A stretch of 64,000 bases of DNA from Zygnema circumcarinatum SAG 698-1b (Eukaryota; Plantae; Zygnematophyceae), in assembly GCA_037447605.1 (NCBI GenBank), contig CM074804.1, positions 3,573,909-3,637,908 of the forward strand, written 5' to 3'. Positions 13,001 to 25,400 of the stretch are shown here, in pieces. Each line of letters opens with the position of its first letter. The stretch's first letter is position 1. The position numbers and the translations under genes were made by a program. Below the pieces are notes generated by a model. The model ran no database searches, was not told the DNA's origin, and saw nothing but the letters and a program-made list of their open reading frames with translations.

Positions 13001-16000
13001 TCCACTCCCGTTGGCGTAGCGCACAACGTTGGCTGGCAACGAGCATTCAGTCTCGTCGATGTACCGGTAGTGATGTTGGGCAACTACTTGATGCTCTTCG
13101 CGTGGACTGATCAGATTCAGGACCACCTCGACTATTGTGGTCTCAACTATTATGGGCAGGTGTGGTGGCAGAATACCCTAAACGAACTTATCTGCTGCTA
13201 TTCCTTTTGACTTACAATGTGCCTTCGTTCGAATTCCAAACTCGAGAATTCGGCAAAATTCGTTTCTGAATTCGAATTTTCGCACATAGCTTCGACCAGT
13301 GCGATTGACAGGTGCAGCTGGGGGTGGTTGCAGGAGTTTGTGTCTATGGTAGGGCTTCAACTTGTAGATGACGAAGAGTACAGTGAGGCTGGGTATAGTA
13401 AATCTATGCCTCCACCTTTCCTTCCTTCCTCTTTTTCGTAATGAGAATAAATGGCCCCAATTCACTGATTGATTTCCACGTCGTCTCTGCCCGCAACGTA
13501 GCACTGTACTACTCGTTGCACACCGGTGCTGCTAATCGGAATTGGTATTCAGAAAGTCGACTGAGTACACACTTTCAAGAATGCAAACTCCTCTTTTTTT
13601 TCAGCATTCCAATGGTGTGATAACGTACCCGTCAGTCTTACCCGTACCCTATCTCGCAATTAGCACCTTGAAGACACCAAACCAGTCATAGCGTAATTAC
13701 CATGATTTTAGCAATAGGACAACATTTCAGTCGAGTGCTGAAGAAGCAACGCACACACTCAATTGGTTTGTTTTCCCTACTTTTTGCACTATGGCTTGCA
13801 GGAGGTCAGTATATCCCGATGGTCTTTTCCACCTTCTCCTTGCTTTCCACAAGCGATACTCGAAGCGCAATCCCAAGCTTCGCTTCATTGTCACTGAGAA
13901 CGGAATGGCAGATGCGCGCGATCTGATAAGACGACCTTATCTCGTGGAGCATCTACTCGCGCTGCATGCTGCGATCAAACAGGCACGACTCTCTGCCTCT
14001 GCTTGGGCTGCCTCTCATCGTCGAAGGTCTCAAGGGCGAAGTCGTGTTTGCATGTTTCAAAGGTATATTTTGCCAGGTGAAGTTGTTGACGAGAGTGAGG
14101 CAGGCATAGGGCAATTCTGCCATGGTTTTGCTCTAGTTATTTAAACTGGAAAACTTGCTAGCCCATGATTAGTGCCTTCGAATCCGCAGTCCGTAAGTTG
14201 ACAGGTTGCACTTTAGAGCTCGCAGCAATTCCAGTTGTCCCGAGTTTGGTTAAAAGCTCACATCGAAGGTAATATGGTGTCTCCAGCTAGAGCTGACCTC
14301 ATCAGCTGAGCAGGCATACGAGAAAACATATAGCAGGGGAGCTGCTCACCTTCTGTCTTCCATCTCGTTGCTATTGTGTCTGCATTTCGTTAACTCATTA
14401 TCAAGTGATGATTATTGTCAACGTTGAGTCGCTTTCAAAAGCCTTACGGATAGTTTTCAAAGCTATATTGATTGGTGCACTTCTTGATTCTGGAACTTGT
14501 ACGACTTTAGTCTGCTGAATCTCAAATTGTACATTCTCAACACCTCTGCCCTAACTTGTCCCTCTTCTTGCAAACTACGCACAATCTGCTTAGGCATGTT
14601 CAATTCTGGAGTGCCAAAGCAGTTTCAGTACTGACAAACAGGTGTGGCACTAACGGTCCAGTTTCGTGAAGTTGGTCTGCTGACTGCTGACTTCTTGATT
14701 TACTGACTGCTATGTGCAGGGTGTTCCCGTGGATGGCTATTTCCACTGGACGTTATCAGACAACTGGGAATGGGCAGACGGCTACTGTCCAAGGTTTGGC
14801 CTCGTTGATGTCGAGCGCGCCAATAATCTCACACGCCGCCCTCGCCCTTCATACTATTTATGGAAGGAGGTGAGTTTCTATGAGCATCGGAATAGTGCTT
14901 GTGGAAGGTACTACGATTATGCTCCTCAACTGGTCTTCCTAAATCAACAACGGTTCTAAGTTTTTACTTTCATTCCACTTGTTGTTCTATAGGCTAAGTG
15001 CTTGACATTTATTCTGTAACATTCAACAGCTGGAACAAGAGCTGGCGTGTTTGCAAAGCGGAACTACTTAGTGTGTTGCGTATTTTGCAGTAATGTAGGC
15101 TTGAGCGTGTTAACGCTTACGAGTCAGTAGACTTAATGTTTGTAGGCGACATTTTTCAGGCATGTCAGGCAGAGAGCATGTTGGCAACGTTGCTGAATTG
15201 CTTTGTTGAAGGCAACAGGTTCTACTACCATTAAACAATGCCCAGTTCTAACATAATTTTTATGTCATGTCAAAGGTAGCAGGTAGAGAGGAAAAAAAGA
15301 ACAAGCCAGAAAGTCCCACGAGCTATGCAAACAAAAGGTGATTTACGTAAATTCTCATTGAGCAGGTTCCGATGTGCTTTCCATCGTGCAGATAGTGAAG
15401 ACGAGGAAAGTTACAGCCCAACAGAGGCTGCAGGAGTGGGAGACTCTTAGCCAAGATGCTGCGGCCGGAGGGCAGCGGCCATTCTGCAGAGCTATCGATT
15501 ATGCAGGACGAATGTGGGCAGGTGAGCTCTATGAACTGCCTGTCAGCCACCCATCCTCGAACAGCATTTCCCCACCTGGTATGCCTGCGGTATAGCATGT
15601 TTCATTCGTTGACGATGTCTGGTATGCTGCCACCAAGTACGGTCATCTTGGTATGGCTTCAAGGTAAGTAACGAGCATGGGAGCCACCTCCATGCGAGTA
15701 GGCAATGCAGCCTGCAAATCGGCATGCCATCTCCGAGTGGCCGTAAGGAAGGACGGAAGAGATTATCTGCAGTGTGCTGTCTGTGAAGGTCTAGCCTCGT
15801 TTGCTTGTGTACTTCTGGGTTCTGAGGAGATAGCTTCGGTTCAATCGTGAGGGGGAATGTGTTGGGCGGGCAGACTCCCTTGACACGCCCACGCAGAGGC
15901 CCATCTCCCGCAACGATTGGCGCTTTGGAGCGTACAGGCAGCCGGACCTGCTGCTCTCGTCGTGGCGGATGTTGCGCGTCGCGTGGACGCTTTTTGCAGA

Positions 16001-16088
16001 CGCGGGGCAGCTGCTGCAGGGGAAGGCTGGGAGGGGAGGCTCCGCGGAGTCATTTGCCGAGAAGGTCACGGATGCGGAGGAGCTGTGA
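10021..16088 (+). CDS. SFR2: SENSITIVE TO FREEZING 2-like galactolipid:galactolipid galactosyltransferase (GH1 family)
   Basis: Exons (+): 10021-10183, 11249-11382, 11863-12030, 12218-12384, 12576-12797, ~12997-13159, 13334-13392, 13802-13982, 14720-14869, 15392-15521, 15874-16088. N-terminal TM anchor; FFFGLATAPAHVEDDLDDAW, ERLRFWSEP, FRMGVDW, TFNEP (acid/base Glu), VTENG (nucleophile Glu), WTLSDNWEWADGY, DWRFG. Confidence 0.95.
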
Positions 16089-16755
16089 TGTGTGGGAGCT
16101 GCGGGCAATCCCTCCCTGAGGCCTGCGTGTACTTTAGTTGTCAACCAGCGCTTTGTTCGGCAGTTGCTGCAGGCAATGAAGCTGTTCACTAAATCCTTTC
16201 TTTTTCTTGGATTATCTGAGCTGCATTGCAATTGTGGGCTATGAATGCGTGGCTAGGACAGATAATCGACAGATAGTTTTGGCCCTTTTTCCGGCAAAGT
16301 CCGCTTTGAAGTACTTGATCTCAAGCGCTGGTTGAACGTGAAATTTTGACCGCATAGATGCGGCATGATGCCAATCCAATCAGCTCAAGACTCCTGTCAG
16401 ATCATACGACAAGCAGTTGAACCAAACAATATTTCTCAACAAAAGACAACGCCAGTGTCTGCGGGGTGGAAAAGAAAGTTGATCCTTTGGCTTTTGCATA
16501 ATGGTGGCAACATATCTGAGGGAACGAAAACGTAGTTTTGCCTCATTTCCTTTTTATCATCTTAGCCCCGGCGGCATCATAAAAATATGGGAAGCATATA
16601 TTCTGCTACCTGCTAATCCAGAACACAAAGAAAGGAGAGCTTGTCCTACACACTGCGGCCTATGCGGACATGATACACGGACGGAAAGCACTCATGGGAA
16701 ATTATCAACATAAGCTGCTGCCTCTAAGCATGGCGAGGAGCAACCCTAACCCTAA

Positions 16756-19700
16756 TCATATTTGAGGGGGCGGGAGATCGCGCATCACCCAGAAGCCCGC
16801 ACAGTCCTCAGCGTCAAGGCTGCGCTGCACTGCCAGAAAGTGCAGCCCCTGACACTGCTGCTTGGCCGCCTCCCAAGAGGCCGCCTCCTCATCCGCCTGC
16901 TTATTCCTCCGGTAGAATGCGTACTGCCACCGCTCCGACACGCCCGTGCTCAGAATGAGGCATGCGCGCTGGGCGTCAACCCGCAAAGCCGCCAACTCGA
17001 GAGCACTTGTCCACGCTGTGCACCACAGCCATCAGTACCAGGTCAGCACCCCACATCCTGCAGCTTCACGCTCTACGAAGGTTGAGAAAAAGGATGGAGC
17101 TGCAGGAGCAAGTTTGGTCCACCCTGGAAAGGTACGGCCAGGTCCTGCTTGCTTATCTACATATTGCAGGCCTCCCCAAAAGAAACGTGGGCTACAATAT
17201 CTTCCCACATCAGAAATGAAATTCCTCCCAGTTCTGCTGCTGCTCTACCGCACTTGAAGGGTATAACAACATTCAATCCTACCTAACGGGGCCTTCACGA
17301 GACAGTTTTAAGGCTCAGTTATAAGTGACAGGCTGCATTGAAACAAAGTGAGACTAACGGACGAAGCTTCTCTTCGCTAAAAAATCCTGAAAGCCTGCCG
17401 GACACCACTGTGGGCTAGACTAGACCAGCGAGTACAATTCAGCCAATATTTCTCTACTCAATTTGTAGAATAATGAACCTCGCTCTTAAATCTGCTGCTG
17501 AAACACACACAAACTGGCTAATGTCAAAATTGGTCCATTGCTTCAGTTCACTGAAGTTTGATATCTCCTTTTAGAGTTTACTTGACTCCTTTTTCTTGAA
17601 GTCGGAAGTCCTGCGCGCTCTTTATCTTCATACCCCGCTACTCTTCTTTGTTCAGCTCAGATTACCAAAACAACGGAATATCAGCTTGTCTTGGGCTCAC
17701 TGTTCTCCGCTGCAATCCTTCTATATCAATGTCATGCAAGGTTGTCCTTTATTACTGCCTGGCCTCACCATAGTGAAACTGTACTGAGCTATGTCCAAGT
17801 TCACCACCATATCATCCCCTCAAACCGTTTTGACCAATGCTCTACAATGATCATTAATTTCTTTCTCATTGCACTGCTGCCTCTTCCGTTTCTTGAATCA
17901 CTACACGGCAATTGCTATGTGAAAACCAGAAACAGGATACGCCTTATCTTCTTCTAGTACAAGCAATCGTGCGAACTTACCATGCCAGAAGGCCGCAAAT
18001 TCAAATGCTTCCTGCTGGAGGCCAAGGCTTTCCTGCTATTATTATTTCTTGGGTTCGATGTATGTTTGCTCGGTTCAGAAGACCAAGCTAGCCGCGGTTC
18101 CTAAATTCTGCGAACCTTCCTGATCTCTAACCATACGAAAAAGCAGCAACCTTGCTCCGCCTACCCCCTCCCCCCCCGGCCCCCCCGCCCCCCCGCCCCT
18201 TTTTTCACCTCTTACACATGGACAACCAAGATGTGTGGCTTACCCAACCTATCTCATCCGCACTGCCTCTGCCTCTGCCTCTAGTTCTGCCTCTGCCTCT
18301 GCCTCTGCCTCTGCCTCTGCCTCTGCCTCTGCCTCTGCCTCTGCCTCTGCCTCCGCCTCTGCAGAGTTACGCTTACCAGAAAAAGCTCAGGTTTTGCTTC
18401 CTTAGAATTCTTAGGAGAATTCGAATAGCTGCCAAAGGGCAATTCCATACTTTCCTCAAAACAAGTAAGCTTCAGTCCTTTACATTGTGTACAATATTGT
18501 AGATAGGATCGCAACTCACCTGCCAAAGGTAAAGCCCGAGCAGAAGCCACAGCAACTCCCGGCACCATAGCATCAGGTGAGAGGCCATCCAAGCCCATAC
18601 AGCTGAGGCTCAATGTGCCACCAAACACGGAACCGGACTGCACCCGCTCCATCTCTTCGACAACACCTGCGTTCTCAACACGGATAGCAAACATACCAAA
18701 ATCTTTATAAGCCTCTGCTAATGACTGAGCAAAACCCATTAGCCTCTCGGTTCCTTCGGAAAACAGTGGTCTTCCATTATGGTTTCTCACCTACTCATCG
18801 GATGCTAAACGATTTAGCAGCCACCGAATCAAGTCGCCCAAATTTTGCTATGAGAACTAGGTCCATAGCATCAGTCTTCCTATAAACCCAGAATACATTC
18901 TGACCAGTCCGCATTGACTGATAACTTGATTTCGGACTGCAAGAAGTGGTTCGTTTGTCTCCAGTGAATCGGTTTGGTAGACCATGTGTCCAAGGTTTTG
19001 CAGTTTGAACAACATGAGACAGTGCCTGCAGGCAATTACACAGGACACAAACGAAAACTGAGGCTTACCAGCTAATGGCAATTGGACAAACGCCCATTGC
19101 TCGCCTCGAAGAGAATCTGGAAGACTTTGGGGAGTTGGAGCCTCCAGCTGAAGCAACGGAGGAGCCCCTTCTTGGTACCGTGGGTGCTTGCTGTACACGC
19201 TGATCATGCGTTCCTCAAGCCATTGGAGCAGAGCTACACACTGACAGCCCCAAAACCTCCGATTAAATGCTGCTTGAGTTCCAATTCCTATCAAGCAAGT
19301 CAGTCCCAGACAATCGGACTCCAAAGAATTTACATTATCATATTTCTCAATAACGCAAGCAAGAAATTTATCACGCTGCAAATGCGACATGGAAGCTCTG
19401 CTACTGTCGACAAGCTCGAAGACTTGGTTCCGAGATGACAGAAAAAAGCTAGAAAAAACTAGCGATTGCAAATAGAAAAATCTCCGATGAATGCCAATTA
19501 AGTAGAAACAAAAGACTAAGTGGCGCCTGACAGGACGAATGGCGTCCTCACCCTTTGGCTGGGCACTGGGCGAACATCTATTTCTGAACAAGCTTTCGAA
19601 ATAATTGTCTGCATCTGGCCCCTGCACAGATTTCACTCAAAGTATCATCAAATTGGTTCAGGCAATACCATAAGATATACCAGTAAATCTCTACTGCAGT

Positions 19701-20355
19701 TTGTGCCAGGATAAGCAAGCAAATGTCCGTGCACCGAGTCCATCCTTCATATTTGACGAAAATGGCATGCAGCACTTTGCCCATAGTGCTAGTCCCCATA
19801 GCACTTAAAGAAGAACCAAGACTGCGCCTACCAGATGCAGAAAGCCCCGGCTACATACCGAAAGAAACGAATCTTCTGGGGCTTGGGAATGTCGAAACGG
19901 TCCATGACGTCCAACAGCGCATCCCTAAGTGTGCTGCTATTAATCTGGTTGCTCGCAAAGTACTGGGCATACTCCAGCCTGCGAGTACTGTCACACACAA
20001 GAAGCTCCCAGACACGCTTCCCGCGCTCGTCCAGAATTGGTCTTGAGCAGAAATCAAGTTCCCATTCTGTGATACCCTCATACCGCCCCTCCTCTGCAGG
20101 CTCCGGCCCCTCCAGCACCTCCTGCTGCTGGTGGCTTCTCTCCGCCACACTGCACTGTACTGACGAGTGCCCTGCAGGAGACCAGCTCAGCCCTAAACGC
20201 CTGCGACTGTTCCTCCCTTTCACCTGACAAGCGCTGCTCAGGCCTGCCGCTGCCCTCCCGCTAATATACTCCTGTCCTGCTGCAAGCACTGTAGGCCGCA
20301 GCTGTGCAGTTGCCACAGCAGCCTGCCGCGCCCATGCCGCTGCTGGCGCCGCCAT
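16756..20355 (-). CDS. TAB2: Tab2/ATAB2 chloroplast RNA-binding translation factor
   Basis: Exons (-): 20355-19859, 19621-19552, 19240-19069, 18666-18520, 17015-16756. Transit-peptide-like N-terminus; [90 protein letters not shown]. Confidence 0.95.
18263..18362 (+). repeat. (CTGCCT)n hexanucleotide microsatellite, about 16 units, inside Tab2 intron 4
   Basis: Directly visible; it produces the spurious LPLPLP and QRQRQR ORFs in the track. Confidence 0.95.
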
Positions 20356-20582
20356 GACTGCACCTCCCCGCTCTGCCCCGCTCTGCAGGCCGGGCCTGAG
20401 AGCCCTCACAGCCCGCGAGGAGGAGCAGACGACGGCGAGCCGCTCCGCCTCTGCGCCCAAGAGCGAGCGAGCGAGAGTGCAAGCGAGAGGGAGAGTGGGA
20501 GGGAGGGAGGAAGTGGGAGAGGGAGAGACGGAGAGGGAGGGGAGGGAGATACCTCGCCATTCCCAATGGGATCGCGCCACGT

Positions 20583-20630
20583 GTACGTACTGTCCACGTG
20601 GCCCGTCGCGGTTGGAGTACGTTCGAGTAC
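20583..20630. promoter_or_regulatory. Four GTAC cores plus a CCACGTGG G-box in the Tab2 / microprotein divergent promoter
   Basis: GTAC at 20583, 20587, 20617, 20627; CCACGTGG at 20594-20601. Confidence 0.5.
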
Positions 20631-20721
20631 GCCAATGGAGGATCGCTGAGGTAAGGAGAGGGAGGAGAGCGGGGAGGGCGGGACGACGCCGCCGGGCGCT
20701 GTCTGTGTGAGGGAGGGAGCC

Positions 20722-21479
20722 ATGGCGGCAGAGGCGGAACCTGGAGTTCTTGCAACTGCTGCGTTTGCGTTGGAGGGGGGGCGGTCTGAGACGCGCTCTG
20801 TTACAGCAGCAGCGGGTATGCTGGCTGTGAGGGTTGCTAAAGCTCCTGTAGATTGGGCATGATAAGGAGGGAAGTTACAAATCGGAGAGGGGAGAGATGA
20901 AGGTTGAATGCAGAGTAGCAGCTTTCGGGAAATATTAAGAGTTCAGGACTCTTTGGCATCAGCACTTGAAAGTGGTCTGATGTAATGACGCGGTTTTTCG
21001 CGGGTTTTTTATACGTTTTTGGAACAAGAAGTCACGATACGACGAGAATGTTGGTTTGAGCCTCTTTGATGGTTGACGCATATTTTGTTGTAGAAATGAG
21101 CATTTTTTGTCGACACTTAAGTGAAACTTTGCCTAGCAAATTTCCCACTCGCCCAGCAAATTTGTGTCTTGGAACTTTGCAGGTCCGCTTTCAAGTTCTT
21201 TGTTGGTATTGAAGACGGAATGCAGTGAGCTGCTCACCCGCCACTTAGAAGCTGTGAATGGAGTGACTCCCAACACAGGTACGAACTAATCGCGACGCCT
21301 CTTCTCTCCTGCTTTACCTGATGAGCTAGCAAAGGTCCGTGATGACTTCAGAAGGCCAATTACTCAGGTGCTCCTCAGGAATGGGCTGATGTGTTCGCTT
21401 GTATGCTTGTTTTGAGGGGTGTATTACAGATGATCCAATTGCTTGGGAAGAAACGTCTGATGACGACACTGAAAATTGA
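20722..21479 (+). CDS. Three-exon 79-aa microprotein, putative Gon7-like KEOPS subunit (not in ORF track)
   Basis: Good start context agccATGgcg. Exons 20722-20815 (G|GTATGC), 21183-21278 (tttgcag|...G|GTACGA), 21430-21479 (tattacag|...TGA); phases match. Protein: [79 protein letters not shown]. The gene model is better supported than the Gon7 assignment. Confidence 0.65.
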
Positions 21480-22480
21480 ACTAACAAAAGCCTCCGTGCT
21501 CACCGTGATTTGAAGAGACGCATTTCACCACATTGTGAGTGCGAATGCAATGTACATGGCGACTGTATTGCTGAAAAGCCAGAGAAAGGGACAGGCTATC
21601 GCCCCCCGTACGAAACCTGCAGCTGCAACCTCACTGCTTCTCAATATTGCACATCTGTATAGTATCCTGATTTCACGCCGGTCAACCTGTGCACGAAGGT
21701 GTTCCGATGGTGTCCGAACGAAAAGTGGGTCGTAAAAAGAAAAATCTAGTACATGCGGGAAGCAATGCACTGTGCTGAAGTTTACGTGATAGAACTCAAA
21801 GATTTCGAATGTTTTGAGAAAGCATTAGTGAAACATGAATTGCATTAACGTAACATGGCTATCGCGTTCATCCTCGATTGTGATATTCTTTCATCATTAA
21901 ATTGATCCAGACTCCCCAAAGGTGCTTTCTATTAAGAGCTGGCGGACACACCGAAATGTTTCGAAAGATGGGCGGCTCTATGTACAAAGAATGGCCGATT
22001 TTTACCACTCTTGCTAGTCGTGATCCTGACAGAACCGGTCTCCATTATTCTCCACAGCCTTTGCTGATGTGACGTTGCCCGCCTTTGCATAGCAGGGTCG
22101 CCTATTTAAGACCGTCAGAAGCCAGTCAGAGCTTCTAGCCCATTGCACTTCGCTTGCTACAATGACACCTACCAAGAAGGAGAAAGCAACAGGTCCTCCC
22201 CATCCTCCTACGAAACAGCCTCTCATGGCCATGTTCCGCCTGCATGCATCGAGCCACGTGCAGAATTTTTAATGCCAGCGTCAACACTTCCCATGCAGTA
22301 GAACTTTGTGGACGGTCATGAGGGGCCTGTGGAAGGCAGGTGATGTTCTCCACATATCAGAGTGCGGGGAGCGGACGATGACTCCAACGCTCTGATGTGA
22401 ATGTGCCACGGCAGTACCAACAAGGTCGAGGGATATCGAAAGGTCCTGAGCATTCTCCAAACACCGGGCCATCAGCCTTG

Positions 22481-25400
22481 TCACAAAGTGTCTGAATGAG
22501 CACAGGTGGCAGAAAAGGCACTGATTGTGAAGCAGCGGGTTGTACATGGCCTTCCAAAAAGAGAATGCGAAAGGAAGGAATGCAAGGTCACAGAATTGTT
22601 ACCGAGTACAAGATTTGATGAGATGCTGCTGTTGGCTGCCAAAACCGAAAATAAGGCCGCGTCATCTGCCATAAAAAACTGGCAAAAGATGGTCGGCCTG
22701 TCAGTTGCAAAAAGGCACATTGCCAACAAAACCGCATGCCATTTTAGAGCCGTGAGGACCAAACAAGCCTCGCCGGAAGTATCAGCTTCCCCACCGTACA
22801 CACGGATGCTTGGATGTTCAACAGAGGGAGACACGTTGACTCCATAGGAAATAGGGTATCGGAAGGATTCCAAGCACGTTCCCTTACCTACGGTTATCCA
22901 TTGGCGACTGGCTGTTGAACCGCAGTCAAAATGGACTTACTAGGGCCGCCTTGCACGTCAAGCCGGCGGTCAATCTCTTCGTCGCTCAATTCCTGTGGTA
23001 TGTGGCATGACGATCTGCTCCAGCAAAAAAACTGAATAAGAAAGAAAGCCTAAGGTGTCCCTAACAGCACCACAAACAGCGAAGTCTGAGTGCATGTACC
23101 TGGCAGGATCCCAATAATTTGCAGCACATGTCCACTGAGCAGGAACAATCACATGAACTGGAACTCGGCGCCAGCGACTGCAATCATCACATTGCACCCA
23201 CTTGTCGAGCTCTGCTGCCGTGTTGCCAGGCCTGCTGACACCAAATCACATTAAGCCCATAAAACAAGTGCGCAGCACTATTTCCTCACTCTCCATATTC
23301 TTGCTATCCTGGTTTTGCTCCCATGGTGGACTCTGGCAGTGCAAGACTGAGTCTCCACATACATGCAGACTACAGGTAAAACAACATGTGGATCTCCTCA
23401 TCATGTCGGCCTCTAATGCAGACCTTTCATTCCTAGGAAGGCAGTGCATTAAGGTTCACGCCTCCATGGGCACGATACAAGTATTTAGTCCAAATGCTAT
23501 GAATAAATAAAACCAACATACATCTCGGCATGATAATTAAGGTTACGAACAAACCTATTAGGATTGCTGTTCGCTATCCCCAGATAAATAGGCGGCTCCT
23601 GTCCATCCCTCGTCAAAAATTATTCTCAGCCCATTACCCCTTGAGCGCTGGCAATTCGAAACAAATCTCATGATAGCCAGAGCAACAGCGCGGCCTCTAA
23701 ATGTTGTCACACGAAATGAGAAACGACTTACTCCATGCTCTTCTATTTCAAAGCCATCGATAAGAACAAGAGTTGGCAACACGGTGGAGCGCGCCTGGAG
23801 CATCCCTTGAGCCTCTTCCCATGCGCAAGCCGGTCTTTTCGCAGAGGGCATGCCAGAGTCCATTCTCCTCTCTGCAGGTATATGGCCTGGTCTTGTCCTA
23901 TCCATGCTTGCTGCCCAATACATTGCCTGGGTAGGACCGGGCTTACTTTGCTTTGGGCAGACAGGATCCTCATGATTTTCCTGCAGAGTTAAGCAATGCA
24001 AACCTCGATCAACGAAACAACTTTTCTCCCTCTGTCAAATTCAAATGATGGCACAGAACATGAGGCCATGTAAGCAACGGAAAGAGACGACCAAATTTGA
24101 CTAGCTCTACTAAAGATCAAATTCACTTGAACTCAGCTTCAGTGGAGATTTCTTAGGGAAATTGTGCCGCAAAGGCGGGTGTCTACCACTATTCGCTTCA
24201 AATGCCGTGCCTTTCGATAACCGAGCACCAGTTGACCAGTAGACTTGACACGGCTGAAAGTTACTGCAACAACGAGCACATAGCATCCTCCAAGTAAGCA
24301 AAAATAATGCCCGATTGGTCAGTGAATGCCAAGCCCATACAATCAACCAGGAATTGTAATGAAGTTGTACCAACCTGTATCTCCAGCTTGAAGATGCAAG
24401 ACCTGGAAGCATGGAGTCACGCCTTCGAGAACATAAATGCGACTATTGTTATTAGGCCAAAAACGGAAGTGGAATTTCCATTGTCTCCCAGTGATGTCTT
24501 GTATCAGCATTGGCACACCCTCACTGGTAAAAATCGTAGGAAAATATTGCTGTCCAATTCAAAAAAACATGTTAGCAGCAAAGACTGCAAGATACAAGCC
24601 TTTATAGCTTGAGGCAGAGAAGTGGTACAGAATGTACTGTGACCATTATCTGCCTGAGTCAACATAAGTGCAGGACCTTGTTTGGTATCAAAGGAGACCT
24701 CATATTGCTGGTTTCCGTTAAGTTCACACGTGTCGGCATGTTCGAATATGGGGAACAAGGTGATCTCACCTCAGCGCATATCTTTGGGAGAATAAGTCGA
24801 CCGATGCGCCCTGCATCACTCTGGCTAAGAAGCTTTTCAAAAAGCGGCTCCAATACAACTCCAGGTTCATTAGCGGGGACAAAAGGGGACTTGCCAGGTC
24901 TGATAGAAGTCAAGGAAAAGGAGCAGATGTCTAGAACTTGCTATTGACACCATAGGAAACAACAAGATCCGAAGAACTGGACTCCCATGAAAGATCAGAA
25001 GAAAACCAAAAAAATCTGACGACCCAAAACAAGGCCTACGGCAGATCAATAAACCACATGGAGGAGAGCCTGCAAAGATATTAAAAACATTATGAGAGGA
25101 CTGTGAATTCTATCAAGATCGGTTATGATCCGGGCTACCATACTAGTGACAAATCGAAAGCCGAGAAGTTTAACTGAATCCCAACACAATTTGCAAAACT
25201 TAGAGTTTGAAGTCAACTGTGGATCTCAATGTACATAGAAATGAAATGCTTAACATGTATTCTTACTTCATCTTAAGGTAAACTAGACTCAAAAGCTCAA
25301 ACTGTTCAGTTAAGGATGAGTTTACTGATGTTTGTCAATCTAGAAATGTGACATGTAACTGAACTAGAGTTGTATTGCACAGCAGTTTGAAAGTGCCTTT

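Noticed and set aside
13217-13290. GAATTC-rich quasi-palindromic stretch in an SFR2 intron (similar at 49200-49320)
   Set aside because: Too short and irregular to call a hairpin RNA, CRISPR-like array or transposon end.
15917-16192. Cys-containing 91-aa ORF resembling a zinc finger (CREG..C..MCGSCG)
   Set aside because: Alternative frame of the SFR2 last exon and 3' UTR.
16962-17257. Plus-strand ORFs overlapping the Tab2 last exon and intron
   Set aside because: Antisense to a confident gene; no start context or homology recognised.
18152-18790. ORFs with LPLPLP and QRQRQR runs
   Set aside because: Artefacts of the (CTGCCT)n microsatellite; only 18666-18520 (-) is a real Tab2 exon.
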